Shown one piece after another: positions 12,754 through 24,863 of a stretch of DNA of 64,000 bases (the stretch's first letter is position 1; each line of letters begins with the position of its first letter). Under the pieces are notes generated by a model that searched no databases, was not told the DNA's origin, and was given only the letters and a program-made list of their open reading frames with translations. The DNA is taken from NCBI RefSeq assembly GCF_001194135.2, contig NC_068983.1, positions 91,090,335 to 91,154,334 of the forward strand. The letters are read 5' to 3'. The position numbers were made by a program, and so were the translations under genes. Source of the DNA: Octopus bimaculoides. Taxonomy: Eukaryota.

Positions 12754-13989
12754 GTGTGTGTGTATCACACACACATATGCATTAAATGTAAAATATATAA
12801 ATTTATATATATATTAATACTTATACATCCATTTCAGCCAATTACACCAATCAGTTTCACAAAAGAGTTAGAGAAGAACCCAAACGCAGAACTCAACAAA
12901 AAGGGCTGGTATGAAAAGTATGGCAACAGCTGCTATCTTCTATTAAAGGTCAGGAAGTGTCACATCCAGTTTGTTAGTGTTGTGAAAAACTAGAACAAAA
13001 AAAGACCTGTGGGTGAAGTTCAGAGAGGAATTCATCTAGAGTTATGCTCCTTGCACAAAAGCTCGAGAATCATCATAGTGTGAAGAACAACTGCCTGCAA
13101 AGTGGAATTGCAGCTTGGGTACAGGCAGTCAAGGGAGGGGGCAGAAAGAGGAATTGGGAATGGGTATCCACTCTTAAAATCATGCATAAACATATACATG
13201 TATATGTCCACACATGTACATCACGTATGTGGATGATGAAGGAAACAGAATGTTTTCTGGTATAATTAGAGAAAGAGCTCAGGTGTGCAAAATTACAGCA
13301 CATAAAATTCATCATGCCATCAATGTAAATTCTGGTAGATTGGGTCTGAGGAGTGGTTACAGTACATTTATACACAACATTATAGCACAAGCAACTATCC
13401 TCGAAAGACAGTAACTATGTCAGCTGAAATTGCAAAATTTCTTACAGCAAATCAAAGATAGTGCACTATTAGCCATGTGATGGTTAGCAAAGTTAGCACA
13501 ATTGTTGGTACTACTGACAGAATCAGGAGCATTATTATCACTATTATTAATAGATTTAGGATGATGGCTGTCAAACTTATTGCTATTACTGTTATTACAG
13601 TTGACATTAATGATATCCACACTAGATTATGGTTACTTCTATCACTAATACTGGCACTGTGATTATCAATAGTATTTTTAGCCACATTATAGATGTTGTT
13701 AAAAATAATAATAATAGTTTTTGGAAATGTGCAAGCACACAGATATGATGGCATTAGGGATGTTCTGGCCAGCAGAATTGTGGTGGTTCATATTCCCTAA
13801 ACAATAGTCACTGGAGTTGATGTTACTGTTACTAGGGGTATTGGGAGTGTCTAGGCCATTGTTAAAGCTATGGGTAGAGGGGGGCAGGGACCTTACTATT
13901 CCTATTAATGCAGTTATAGATGATCTCCAGGTAGGAATTCTCAGGACTGTAGTAGAGGCCTGAGCTAACATTTACTCAAAGAAGTAATA

Positions 13990-15250
13990 ATTGACCCCAG
14001 GTTTGGTGTTGTGGATTCATTAAAGATGGACTGGTACTTATGTTGAGGCAGGAAGTTGGAATTGAGGATGCTAAATGAGAGTTTAGGAAGAGATTTAATT
14101 TGCAAAAAGAACAGAGGTGCAAGCCATATGGTTTTGTATTTCCTACTCTTTGAATTGTGTAGGATTACAGGGGTTAACTTGAGGTGACTGAGGTTTGTGC
14201 ATCCACAGGACCTGCCAAGTTACACAGTTAATAAGAACTCAGTCAGTAATAAAAGTAGTGTGATGCATAATGCTAGGAGTGCTAAAAGTAGAGGTAAGTT
14301 TAGAAGGAGCACCATTATTATGAGGAGTTAATTTGATTTTCAGTCTAGTGTTGAGGATATAGGAAATCTTGGAGAATCCACTAATAAGGAGGGCCTGGTT
14401 TAGTAAGGAGTATGACTTTAAAATATTTTCATTAGTGGAGAGGTTGAAGATCCTAAAAGAAATGCTGTTGATAATGCTATTTAAAATGGATTTAGGGTGA
14501 TTAGATTGGACATTAACACATAAAGCGCGACGGGCCATGATCATGGCTGTCAGGCGCAAGTCAACAGGCCATGATTGTGACCCAGATAGATGCATTTATT
14601 TTATGGGTATTTGTTGGGGTCTAATGTCACTCAAATGCTCCGATACCCCTCAAAATGCAAGAGGACTAATAGTTCAACTAATGGCTTTTCAGATCGTGTA
14701 AAACTTGCCACCATTAAGAAGATATTTTAACTATTTTTTTGTTTTTTATGTATGCATAGTAGTCTAATTTTCATAAAATGTGCTATGTAAGTGCATATCC
14801 CAGTGCTTTATGGGTTAATATATTGTAGGGATTCATTAGGTTTATGGTATGGGTAGCATAAGCTAGATTCTAAGTCAAGAGTGATGTTTAACAAGTTGGT
14901 TACTTTAATACTATTTTCAAAGGAGATAGAGAGGTTATAACTTTCAAAAACTTGTGGAAAGTTTTCCAAATATGCTCAATGCCTAACTTCAAGCTCCCAG
15001 TGGATATGAAGGGAGTATCACATCTATATAGAGACCCATTAAACCCAGAGAAGTGTTCGTTAATCTGAAATAGGAGGAATGGGCCCATGGTGATATCATA
15101 AGTAGTTGATAGTAGAATTTCAAGACCAATATTTGTTGTTAAAAATATGAGTGTTTTCATGTTATCAAAATAATATTGATATCTGGACAAGAGAGGGTGT
15201 GAGTTTCCTAGCTTTATTTCGGAGAATGAAGAAAACTGAGACACATTAAT
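13990..15250 (-). mobile_element. Penelope-like element RT/thumb pseudogene
   Basis: Translated pieces YDITMG..FNGSLYRCD, VNVQSNHPKSIL...RIFNLSTNE and RKYKTIW...PQHKYQSIFN resemble PLE RT and linker motifs. Limits are approximate. Confidence 0.75.
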
Positions 15251-16554
15251 CAGATATCAAACTATAGAAAGGAGGGTCAAGTGACGTATTCTTCATAGAA
15301 TTATCCCTATAGTAAAAACAAAAAAAAACTCTTCCTCTCAAACACAGATGATGTGATTACTCCCCATCATGTCCAAAATCTGATTATTCATAAAGTTAAA
15401 ATGTCATGTGATTGCAACAAGCCTGCAGCAGCTGATACAATACTTTTCCACATGGCAGTTAGCCATTGCCAAGTGTCAAAAATGTTATTAAAAACATGCT
15501 TGAGTGCATAAATGAAGATAAAAAATAGAATCTTTTAATTTTTTTGTGTGCATATGTGCATGTTAAAATCTTGAAAATGTATACATCTTTTAGGCTATTG
15601 AAGACGCCTCCCAGATTTTAGATATATCCTCATCATAACTGTTGCAGGTTGTTTACTTTGAGGTTCCTTTTTTTTTATCATGAGAAAATGCATGAAAAAT
15701 TGAATTACATTGACATAATGAGGAATAAAATACCAACACAAATGTGTAGTGATGATGCAGTAGGAAATTCAAGGATTGATTTTGTTCCAGAGAGTAGTAT
15801 ATCAATAGTATATCCCAAAGAGGGAAGTGATGAAATTGGGAATTCATACATATGAGAGTTAGTAACAATCCCATAGTGTCATGGACATTCAAACAAAATT
15901 TTGAGGTGTTGTTCATGTTTGTCTTCCATGGAACTTGCCACTCATAAAAAGTCAATATAAGCAAACTCATAGAGTAGATCCCATAGGATAGTGTCTAAGA
16001 AATACTGGAATGTTCAAGACTAAAAGGTATACAAAGAAATTCAAACTGAAGAAAGGGTGTTGCAACATCTGTTTTGCTAACAGCTTTCAGCTTGACACTA
16101 GTCTGGTCTTACTAAGTCAATTTGGGTAAAAGTCTGAGCATTTTCCAAGGCAGAAGAAAATTCGTGCTGTCCATAAGACCATGGCCATTAAAATCATTGG
16201 CGTATCCCGACCCAACAGAATTTTTTTTCCCCGTAACTTTCTGAAATGCATATTTTTTATGAAATTTACGAGGGTAACGATTACGATTAATTTAATAACA
16301 TTATAAAAAATATTGCGAAGTAGTTTTGGATCATTCTGCCCACTTAAGTCTTTATTTACCAATTTCTGATTAATATGCTTGAAATATCGACATTATGAAA
16401 TCTACGATCTCGAAAATAAATTTCTACAAAATACCATTTTAAAAAGAGTTGTGAAGGAAAAGGCTAAGGGCGGAGTATATTGTTAACAACATCGTTATTA
16501 TACACTCTAGAAAACATATCTGTGCAAAATTTCAGCAAGCTATGCAGTAACAGG

Positions 16555-16745
16555 TGCATGCATGGTGGTGTGATTAAAAAACATGCTTTGCAACCACTTG
16601 GTTTCAGGTTCAGTCCCACTGCGTGGCACCTGTGTCTTCCATTACAGCCCCGAGCCGACAAACACAATGTGAATTTGGTGGACCAAAACTGCATGGAAGC
16701 CTGTCATTTATAATTATTTGTGTCTGTTTGCCCCCACCACCACCT
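16555..16745 (+). mobile_element. Decayed tRNA-SINE of the same family as 32827
   Basis: GGTTCAGTCCCACTGCGTGGCACC box-B region and TTTGTGTCTGTTTGCCCCC. Confidence 0.7.
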
Positions 16746-16899
16746 ATAGTACATAACTTTACCATTAATATTGCCATTTAATCAAACATTTATTAAGTTA
16801 ATTAACGGTCATTTTTTTTAACTGAAAATATAACCTCGAAAATACTACTGCGATTAAAAATAGTAAATAATACGAGAAATATATCTAAAAAAAAAAGGG

Positions 16900-19200
16900 A
16901 CACAAGAGAAAGTTCTAGATTTGGTAGGCTCAGTAAATTTCTAGATGAACAATAAAGAAATTTGTGTTAGCGGTTAGCGTGTTTACATTTATGCAGTTTC
17001 AATAAGAGTTTTCATCGTCTTTAAAAATCACAAAAACAAAAAATAATCATAATGTTGACGAGAAAAGTAAACGACAAACAAAGTAGCCAACACTGACCGT
17101 AATTTGCGGCATGATCAAAGACACAAGTAAACGAGTTCGGAACTGATAATTTACCGGAAGTAGAATGAAAACCATACAACGAAGTTCTGCACTAATTTTT
17201 ATTACAGGAGTGAGATTTTAAGGGTAAATTATACTAGATATGATCAAAAATAAATTCCAACACTGAACTTTTATGCAATATCTCTTAATTTAAAATGTTT
17301 CCTTAAATACGAACGGTTAGTAAATTATATATACTGGTAAAATATTCTGTTGAACTGTTTCCTTAAATGGACTTAGGTATAAATAGATCTAAACAAGCCG
17401 ATTAAGCTTGTTGAAAAGTAATACCTAAATGCATTTATACACACAAATCACTCAAAGGAGCTGTTTCGTATCCCGACATTAAATACCTGAATACCTGTAC
17501 TTTACATCACATTGTAAAGTTGTAGAAAAACAAACATTTTATTTCTATTGAGAACTCAGGGTATTTGGTAGAGTTTGGGAACATGTCTCACCCTGTGACG
17601 TTTTATTTACTTATCTTACATTTTTTTCGACAATTACTTCGAAGGTTACAATTGATTCTAAATTGTTTTTCCTTTTCAGAATTTTAGTGTGTGTGTGTGT
17701 ATACGTGTGTCACTCAACCACCACTTTTCAGTTCGAGTACTCGAACAGCTAAACGTTTTTTTTGGTTATATTTGATCTTTTCTTAACATGATTTCCAGGG
17801 AAATACGAGACTATGATTTTGAAAAAATGTCCGGTAATCATTGGTATTACATATAGGATCGCCCACATACATATTTGGCACTCCGTCGAGGGTTCCAGTT
17901 GATCCGATCAACGGAACAGCCTGCTCGTGAAATTAACGTGCAAGTGGCTGAGCACTCCACAGACACGTGTACCCTTACAGTAGTTCTCAGGGATATTCAG
18001 CGTGACAAGGCTGACCCTTTGAATTATAGGCACAACAGAAACAGGAAGTAAGAGTGAGAGAAAGTTGTGGTGAAAGAGTACAGCAGGGTTCGCCACCATC
18101 CCCTGCCGGAGCCTCGTGGGGCTTTAGGTGTTTTCGCTCAATAAACACTCACAACGCCCGGTCTGGGAATCGAAACCGCGATCTTATTACCGCGAGTCTG
18201 CCTCCCACATACATNNNNNNNNNNNNNNNNNNNNNNNNNNNNNNNNNNNNNNNNNNNNNNNNNNNNNNNNNNNNNNNNNNNNNNNNNNNNNNNNNNNNNN
18301 NNNNNNNNNNNNNNNNNNNNNNNNNNNNNNNNNNNNNNNNNNNNNNNNNNNNNNNNNNNNNNNNNNNNNNNNNNNNNNNNNNNNNNNNNNNNNNNNNNNN
18401 NNNNNNNNNNNNNNNNNNNNNNNNNNNNNNNNNNNNNNNNNNNNNNNNNNNNNNNNNNNNNNNNNNNNNNNNNNNNNNNNNNNNNNNNNNNNNNNNNNNN
18501 NNNNNNNNNNNNNNNNNNNNNNNNNNNNNNNNNNNNNNNNNNNNNNNNNNNNNNNNNNNNNNNNNNNNNNNNNNNNNNNNNNNNNNNNNNNNNNNNNNNN
18601 NNNNNNGAGTAGAAAACACAAATTTAATATAAAAACATATTTCCTGAAATTGCAAATTATTTAAAATATAAAAATATAATTTTCAACAGAGAGAATTTAT
18701 CAAAATAGAAAACAAATGAAGTTTGAAGTTTTAAAATAATAGGATCGACTACTCACGACTAGCTAGCGCGGACGCGCGAACTTTCGAGTAATAGATAGAG
18801 AGAGAGAGACAGACAGACAGACAGATAGCTCGCTCCGGCCAGTCATGGTATTAGCTGTCAGTAGCCAAAGAATCGACAGGCATACAGGCAGACACTTCAC
18901 TAGCAGTGAGCACTTTCACTTCTGACAGCTAATAGCATGATAGTGCCCAAAATTTTAGTTCTTTCTCCAAGTTTTTTTTTTAGTCTTCCTTTTTTTTTCT
19001 TCTTTCTTTTTTTTTTTTAGAACGGTATACTTTACAATACAATGATTATATTTCTGAAAAAGTTTCAGTTTTTTATATCATTCCTCCTCCAGTTTTCGGA
19101 ACGACGCCCGCCTGACAGAAATAAGGAGAAATAAGCATTATTAGCACAATACTTTTCAACTCTCAAACTATTATTCCCCACCACAACTGCCACCAAAAAT
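16900..19200 (-). promoter_or_regulatory. CpG-rich promoter-like region with candidate first exons
   Basis: Visibly more CpG than most of the window. ETS-like CCGGAAGT at 17154-17161, GCGCGGACGCGCG at 18766-18778, minus-strand donors GTGAGT (18756) and GTCAGT (17097). No transcript evidence. Confidence 0.4.
17860..18205 (-). mobile_element. tRNA-derived SINE, second family, CpG-intact
   Basis: The minus strand has a box-B-like GGTTTCGATTCCC near 18165-18178, followed by a conserved-looking body. Confidence 0.7.
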
Positions 19201-19259
19201 TTATGGGTACTTTTTGTACTCTCATTCTTTGAATGGCATTTTTTTGAGAAAACAAAATA

Positions 19260-20162
19260 CAGGCATACCTCACCCTACGTCGTTAATTGGTTCTAGGAGA
19301 CACGACTTAAGTCGAATTAACTTGTCTCTAGGCCAGGCGAGGCCAAATTTACTTGTCTCTAGGTTAAACCGATAATAACCATTCCCAGTTCTGTACTTTA
19401 TTTATGGATGAATTTTCAATTATACATGATTAATTAAAAAAATTATTTTAAGCTTACAAACAAATTATTTTTTCTTATTCATGGCGGTGTTCTTCATCCC
19501 TGTATCTTTAAGATTTAACATGTGCTAAAATCTTGTCCTTGTTATGTACAATCGTCGATACAGTTGTCCGACTCATCCCGAAAGATCGTGCAATTGCTAC
19601 CACTTTTGCACCTTTTTCATAGCGTTTTATCATAGTCAGTTTATCTTCCAGCGTTATAACATGACGCTTAGCACTTTCACTATGAATTTTCTTATGAGCC
19701 ATGGCGAAAAAATAAAGTCACAAATGAATAAGAATGAGAAAGTAGCCGATAAACCGACATAAACAAATCTGAATTCAAAACAATCACGGGAATCACAAGT
19801 GACAACGATGCCTAATTGTAGATATTGGAATTACAGTGCAATATGAGCTCCAAAAGACTGATAAATAAGACAGCGCAGCTAATTTCATGATTTCGTTCAC
19901 TTAGCTACACTACTTTATGGTGTGTATTTTAACATTTACTGTATGTATTTTAATATAATTTTATATGCTTTTATTCTTATTTATTTTGCAGTAACATGAT
20001 TTTATGTGATTTTAACTGTTTTCTTATGATTTTACGATTCCAGTATTTGTGGTGGACAGACGTAAATTTGAGTAATATAACTTCACTTGATTTTTATTTT
20101 TCCATATATTATTTTTGAAAACCGATGTATAATCGAGAACGACTTAAGCCAAGGTATGCTTG
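19260..20162 (-). mobile_element. Tigger/pogo deletion derivative
   Basis: TIRs CAGGCATACCT / AGGTATGCTTG with TA duplications at 19258-59 and 20163-64. ORF 19508-19702 is a CENP-B-like psq HTH (VITLEDKLTMIKRYEKG...STIVHNKDKI). Confidence 0.88.
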
Positions 20163-20513
20163 TACTTGGTCTCCATATTCTTCTTTCTTTGTCATAGGTT
20201 GGACAAGTTTTAGAAGATTAAAATCAATTTAATATATTGGTCATAGCAATTTGTCCATTTTTTAAATCCTTACAGCCCAGATCTTACTGGGGTATGATGC
20301 TTCCCACCACCACCATGTGAAATACTGCAAAGTTAAAATCAAAATGTTGATAGAACAGAGGAATGAAAATTTACTGTCATCTGTGAATTGGAGATGTGCT
20401 AGTAGCTCACTGTTGATTGTCCAGTCAATGTTTCTGATGACCATTTCTAGACATGTTGTGAAAGGCTTTGAAGAGACAGTATCACCTTATTTGATACTTT
20501 TCCCAATTGGATC

Positions 20514-23281
20514 TGTAAACGACTGTGCGAAGTGAAGTGACAAGAATGGCTCCTTTGCACAGTTGATACAATAAATATGAAAAGAATAAATGCGTATAAG
20601 TGCCAGAAGGAAAAGAGAGACACAACCGGGTAGAATGTTTAAGAGAAGATTTTATTTATATACTAGCAGTATAACCCGACCTTGTCCGGGAGTGACTTAT
20701 TACGCCATCTACGATAAGTCTTGGTAGGTGAAAATCAACTAAAAAAGAAAGCCTTACAACGAAAAAACCCTTATGATGTTCATAATTCAAAAGATGATGA
20801 AATTAATAGGGAAACTCTGAAGGCTGTTTTGCGTAAAATTATTAAGCGTACGTAAATTTCATCCGTCTAATTGGCTATAGAAATGCTTATGCAAAACAAC
20901 TTTTTGCGTTGCCTGATTATACATAGCAGGGTGATCCCTTTTCACAGGAGCTAGGACGGCAATTTGTGATGAAGCAATTGCTGGTGATCTGTTGCTACAC
21001 AGTTTTGCCAGAATTCTATCAGATTGGGCAGAAGATGTTGATACACCATTTTGCATTATGTTCAAAGTAGCTTTTGTAATGTGGTGAATTGCTGCAGTCT
21101 GTTGCTGTCATTTTAAACCGGTTGCTTTCTTTCCCCAGCAAACTCTCTTCTTTGGAGGCATAATCTATGTATATATTAAACAGAACAACAAAAGTTATAA
21201 TAGATGGCAGGGTCGGTACTTTTCACATATCTGTAATTTTTCAGATTAACACCCTCACGATTACCCAACCCTAATCCTAACACTAACNNNNNNNNNNNNN
21301 NNNNNNNNNNNNNNNNNNNNNNNNNNNNNNNNNNNNNNNNNNNNNNNNNNNNNNNNNNNNNNNNNNNNNNNNNNNNNNNNNNNNNNNNNNNNNNNNNNNN
21401 NNNNNNNNNNNNNNNNNNNNNNNNNNNNNNNNNNNNNNNNNNNNNNNNNNNNNNNNNNNNNNNNNNNNNNNNNNNNNNNNNNNNNNNNNNNNNNNNNNNN
21501 NNNNNNNNNNNNNNNNNNNNNNNNNNNNNNNNNNNNNNNNNNNNNNNNNNNNNNNNNNNNNNNNNNNNNNNNNNNNNNNNNNNNNNNNNNNNNNNNNNNN
21601 NNNNNNNNNNNNNNNNNNNNNNNNNNNNNNNNNNNNNNNNNNNNNNNNNNNNNNNNNNNNNNNNNNNNNNNNNNNNNNNNNNNNNNNNNNNNNNNNNNNN
21701 NNNNNNNNNNNNNNNNNNNNNNNNNNNNNNNNNNNNNNNNNNNNNNNNNNNNNNNNNNNNNNNNNNNNNNNNNNNNNNNNNNNNNNNNNNNNNNNNNNNN
21801 NNNNNNNNNNNNNNNNNNNNNNNNNNNNNNNNNNNNNNNNNNNNNNNNNNNNNNNAATATTGTACCCTACCCCCTCCCGAAACACTTTCACCGAAAATTT
21901 CATTAAAAAATATTCATTTTTCTGAAAGTTATGACCTTCCAAAGTCGGTGGTTACAACTCTGTAGTTATGCCACATTGACAAACATGAGTTATATTTTTG
22001 TGAATAATTGTGTTTACTTGCACGTGTATGCGTTTGAGAGAGCGAGAGATGAAGAGGGGGAGAACGGGAGCAATGTGTATGTTGTCACAGATCACGTATG
22101 TGTGGTTGTGTGTGTTTTTACGTATCAATGTTATGAAAAATAGGTAAAGAATACTGAGAGAAAAGTTTAATCTATGACGTTGTATGTATCACTTTCTCTC
22201 TCTGTTGAGCGCGTGTGTAAGAACGACATTCCAGGTAGAAGGGAAGAAATATAAAAGTTGCTACAAATAACAGCCAAATCTCCCTTAAATCACGCAAAGT
22301 AAACGGAATTTAAAAAATCTAATTACTGCACTGGAAAGTTCACATTGAGAAAATTCCATTGGTGTAAAAAATTTTAAGAAAAAGTGGAAAATGTGGATTT
22401 CTATAGATGCAATACACACACACACTCACAAACTCAGCTTTATAGATATAGATTAACATGTGTGCATCATATATACATAATGATAGATAGGCCGTCATGA
22501 GAACAAAGTGTGTTTGCGTGTGCGCATAGGCATGGATGTATGTGTGTGTGATAAGTACAGAGTATTGAAAGAGTCTATAATATGCTATTAGAAGAATGTT
22601 CAGACACAAGGATGATAAATACCAGTTCATAGTCAAAGTACACGATAGGTGAAATGCTGTATCAAGAAGTTGTGGCTGTAATGCAGAGCCGGTTGAAGTA
22701 CATGTCAAATAAGAAGTTGTGGCTACAATGCTACTGTCGTCGGTCACTTGTTACAGGAGGTTGTCGCAGGCTGTATTTGCTGTTAACCATGGTGAAGTAA
22801 TTCACAAACAGTGTTGTGATAAAACCTGTGTGAGTGTTGCTGGTTGCTGTGTACATAGAGAGCTGATGTTGATGTTAGGACGAATGCTGGTGACAGAGAT
22901 GGAGGTCACTGAATGCTGCTTGGACGAAGTTGATGAGTCTCCATGTGGCTGCTGTTGTGTCGTCGCTGGAACTGGCTGTGTCCTGTGTGGTCAGTGGCTA
23001 GACCTCAAAAGGTCTGGAACCGAAAGACATCGACTCGGTGTGTTGCTGAAGTTTTATACGGTGCAGTCGACTCACCGGAGGTTTAGAAGAGACTGTCTCA
23101 CATGACCATATCAGAAGGCTGCGATTGGTTGGGTTGCATATTGGTGCGCAATAGACAAATTGCGCCAATACCAACCAATCAGAGTAGTGGACACAAAAGG
23201 GCAGCCAAAGGCTAACTGTTATCTACTATGTCCATATTTATGTATAGAGAGAGAGGAATTTCCCTCAAGTCGTATGCTACA
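20514..23281. mobile_element. Solo LTR A (20514-20662 plus 22453-23281), interrupted by a Helitron-like element
   Basis: TG...CA ends, high similarity to 24020-24863, flanks GATC/GATT (imperfect 4-bp TSD). Confidence 0.75.
20663..22452 (-). mobile_element. Non-autonomous Helitron-like element
   Basis: Minus-strand 5' TC, subterminal hairpin (20675-20690) and 3' CTAG. Inserted between A and T without a TSD. Contains AACCCT-like repeats running into a gap. Confidence 0.8.
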
Positions 23282-23946
23282 GATTTCTTACTGGTGACCA
23301 TAGCAGAACTATATCAGTGGTGTTTGCATCCTTGAACAGTTTGATGTATTGCACCTCAACTCCTTGAATTTCCTGAGATTTCAACATGTGTTCATCTCAG
23401 TGCTATTGAAGGCCTTTTCATAGTTGATAGAAGTGATGCTCAGAGGCAGCTTGTATTCTTTCGCTGATACTATAAGCTATATTAAAGTGAATATATGATC
23501 CATCACACTAATTCTTACAGAAACCTGCTTGCTCAGTTGGCTGCTAGTCAGTGAGATATTTCAATAATCTTGAGACTATGACCCTTGTAAACAGCTTGGA
23601 ATTATAGTTTCTTAGATCTTCTTTATCACCCTTCTTGTGAAATAAGATTGTGTGTAACTCTTCCCAAGGTAACGGTATTTGATTCTCTTTCAGATGGTGA
23701 TTGAAGCATAGAACGAGTATTTTCCACAGCTCTTCTCCTCTACTAAACACCTCTGTTGTCATACCATCTTTCCATGGAGTTTTATCTGCTTTCATAAGCT
23801 TGATGGCATTTTCAATTTCACTGAGTACAATAGGTGGCACTTCTGACATTTGCGTTGGTGGCGTATCTGACTTCATCAATGATTTTAAAAGGCTGGTGTA
23901 GAAGGTTTTGGATGCCTCTTTCATGGCCTCTTTGTCATTATGAGCC

Positions 23947-24863
23947 TGTAGGAAAATGTGATTAGCACTTGCTGGGTGCTTCACAATTCCATACATAGTT
24001 CATGGAAGGAAAAGGGTTAAATGAGTATAAGTGCTAGAAGGAAAAGAGAGACACAATCAGGTAGAATGTTTAAGAGAAGATTTTATTTATATGTTAACAT
24101 GTGTGTGCGTCATATATACATAATAATAGACAGGCCGTCATGTATTCAAAGTGCGTGTGTACAAATATGGATGTATGCATGTGCTATAAGTACAGAGCAT
24201 AGAAAGAGTCTATAATATGACGTTAAAAGAATGTCCAGACACAAGGATGATAAATACCAGTTCTTAGTCAAGTTACACAGTAGTTGAAGTGCTGTATCAA
24301 GAAGTTGTGGCTACAATGCTGCTGCCAGTTACTTGTTACAGGAGTTCTCGCAGGTTGTATTTGCTGTTAACCATGGTGAAGTAATTCACAAACAGTGTGG
24401 AGATAGAACCTGTGCGAGCGTTGCTGTGTTGATGTCGTTAAGATGATGGTGGCAACAGAGATGGAGGTCCTCAATGCTGCTGGACGAAGTGTGGATGAGT
24501 CTGCATGTGGCTAATGTTGTCGTCACTGGAACTGGCTGTGTTCTCTGTGGTCAGTGGCTAGACCTCAGAAGGTCTGGAGCCAAAAGACACTCGACTGTGT
24601 TACTGAAGTTTTATAGCATGTAGTCGGCTCACCGGAAGTTTAGAAGTGACTGTCTCACGTGACCTTATCAGAAGGCTGCGATTGATTAGGTTGCATCTTG
24701 GCACGCAATAGTGCAAGGGACAAACTGCACCAATACCAACCAATTAGAGTAGTAGACACAACAGGGTTAAAAGGTGCAGCTGAAGGCTGGCTGTTATCTA
24801 CTACGTCTGTATTTATGTATATATAACATAGAGAGAAAAGTTTCCCTTAAGTCGTACGCTACA
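23947..24863. mobile_element. Solo LTR B, 917 bp
   Basis: TGTAG...CTACA termini with a perfect 4-bp TSD AGCC (23943-46 and 24864-67). Confidence 0.88.

Larger units (their letters stand above)
20170..23946 (-). mobile_element. Old RTE/BovB-type LINE RT remnant in two pieces (20170-20513 and 23282-23946), split by solo LTR A
   Basis: KTPWKDGM..TILFHKKGDKEDLRNY in the upper piece, and K*GDTVS and LQFTDD in the lower piece, in the expected RT order. Confidence 0.75.

Noticed and set aside
12860-13410. GWYEKYGNSCYLL (C-type-lectin-like) and YITYVDD motifs
   Set aside because: Short, followed by stops, with no splice structure. More likely decayed retroelement fragments, and not assignable.
18054-18664. 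Long ORFs in the supplied track (also near 21.3, 41.3 and 48 kb)
   Set aside because: Artefacts of N runs or microsatellites.
21268-21287. Telomere-like AACCCT repeats
   Set aside because: Degenerate, internal to a Helitron-like element, and mostly hidden by a gap.
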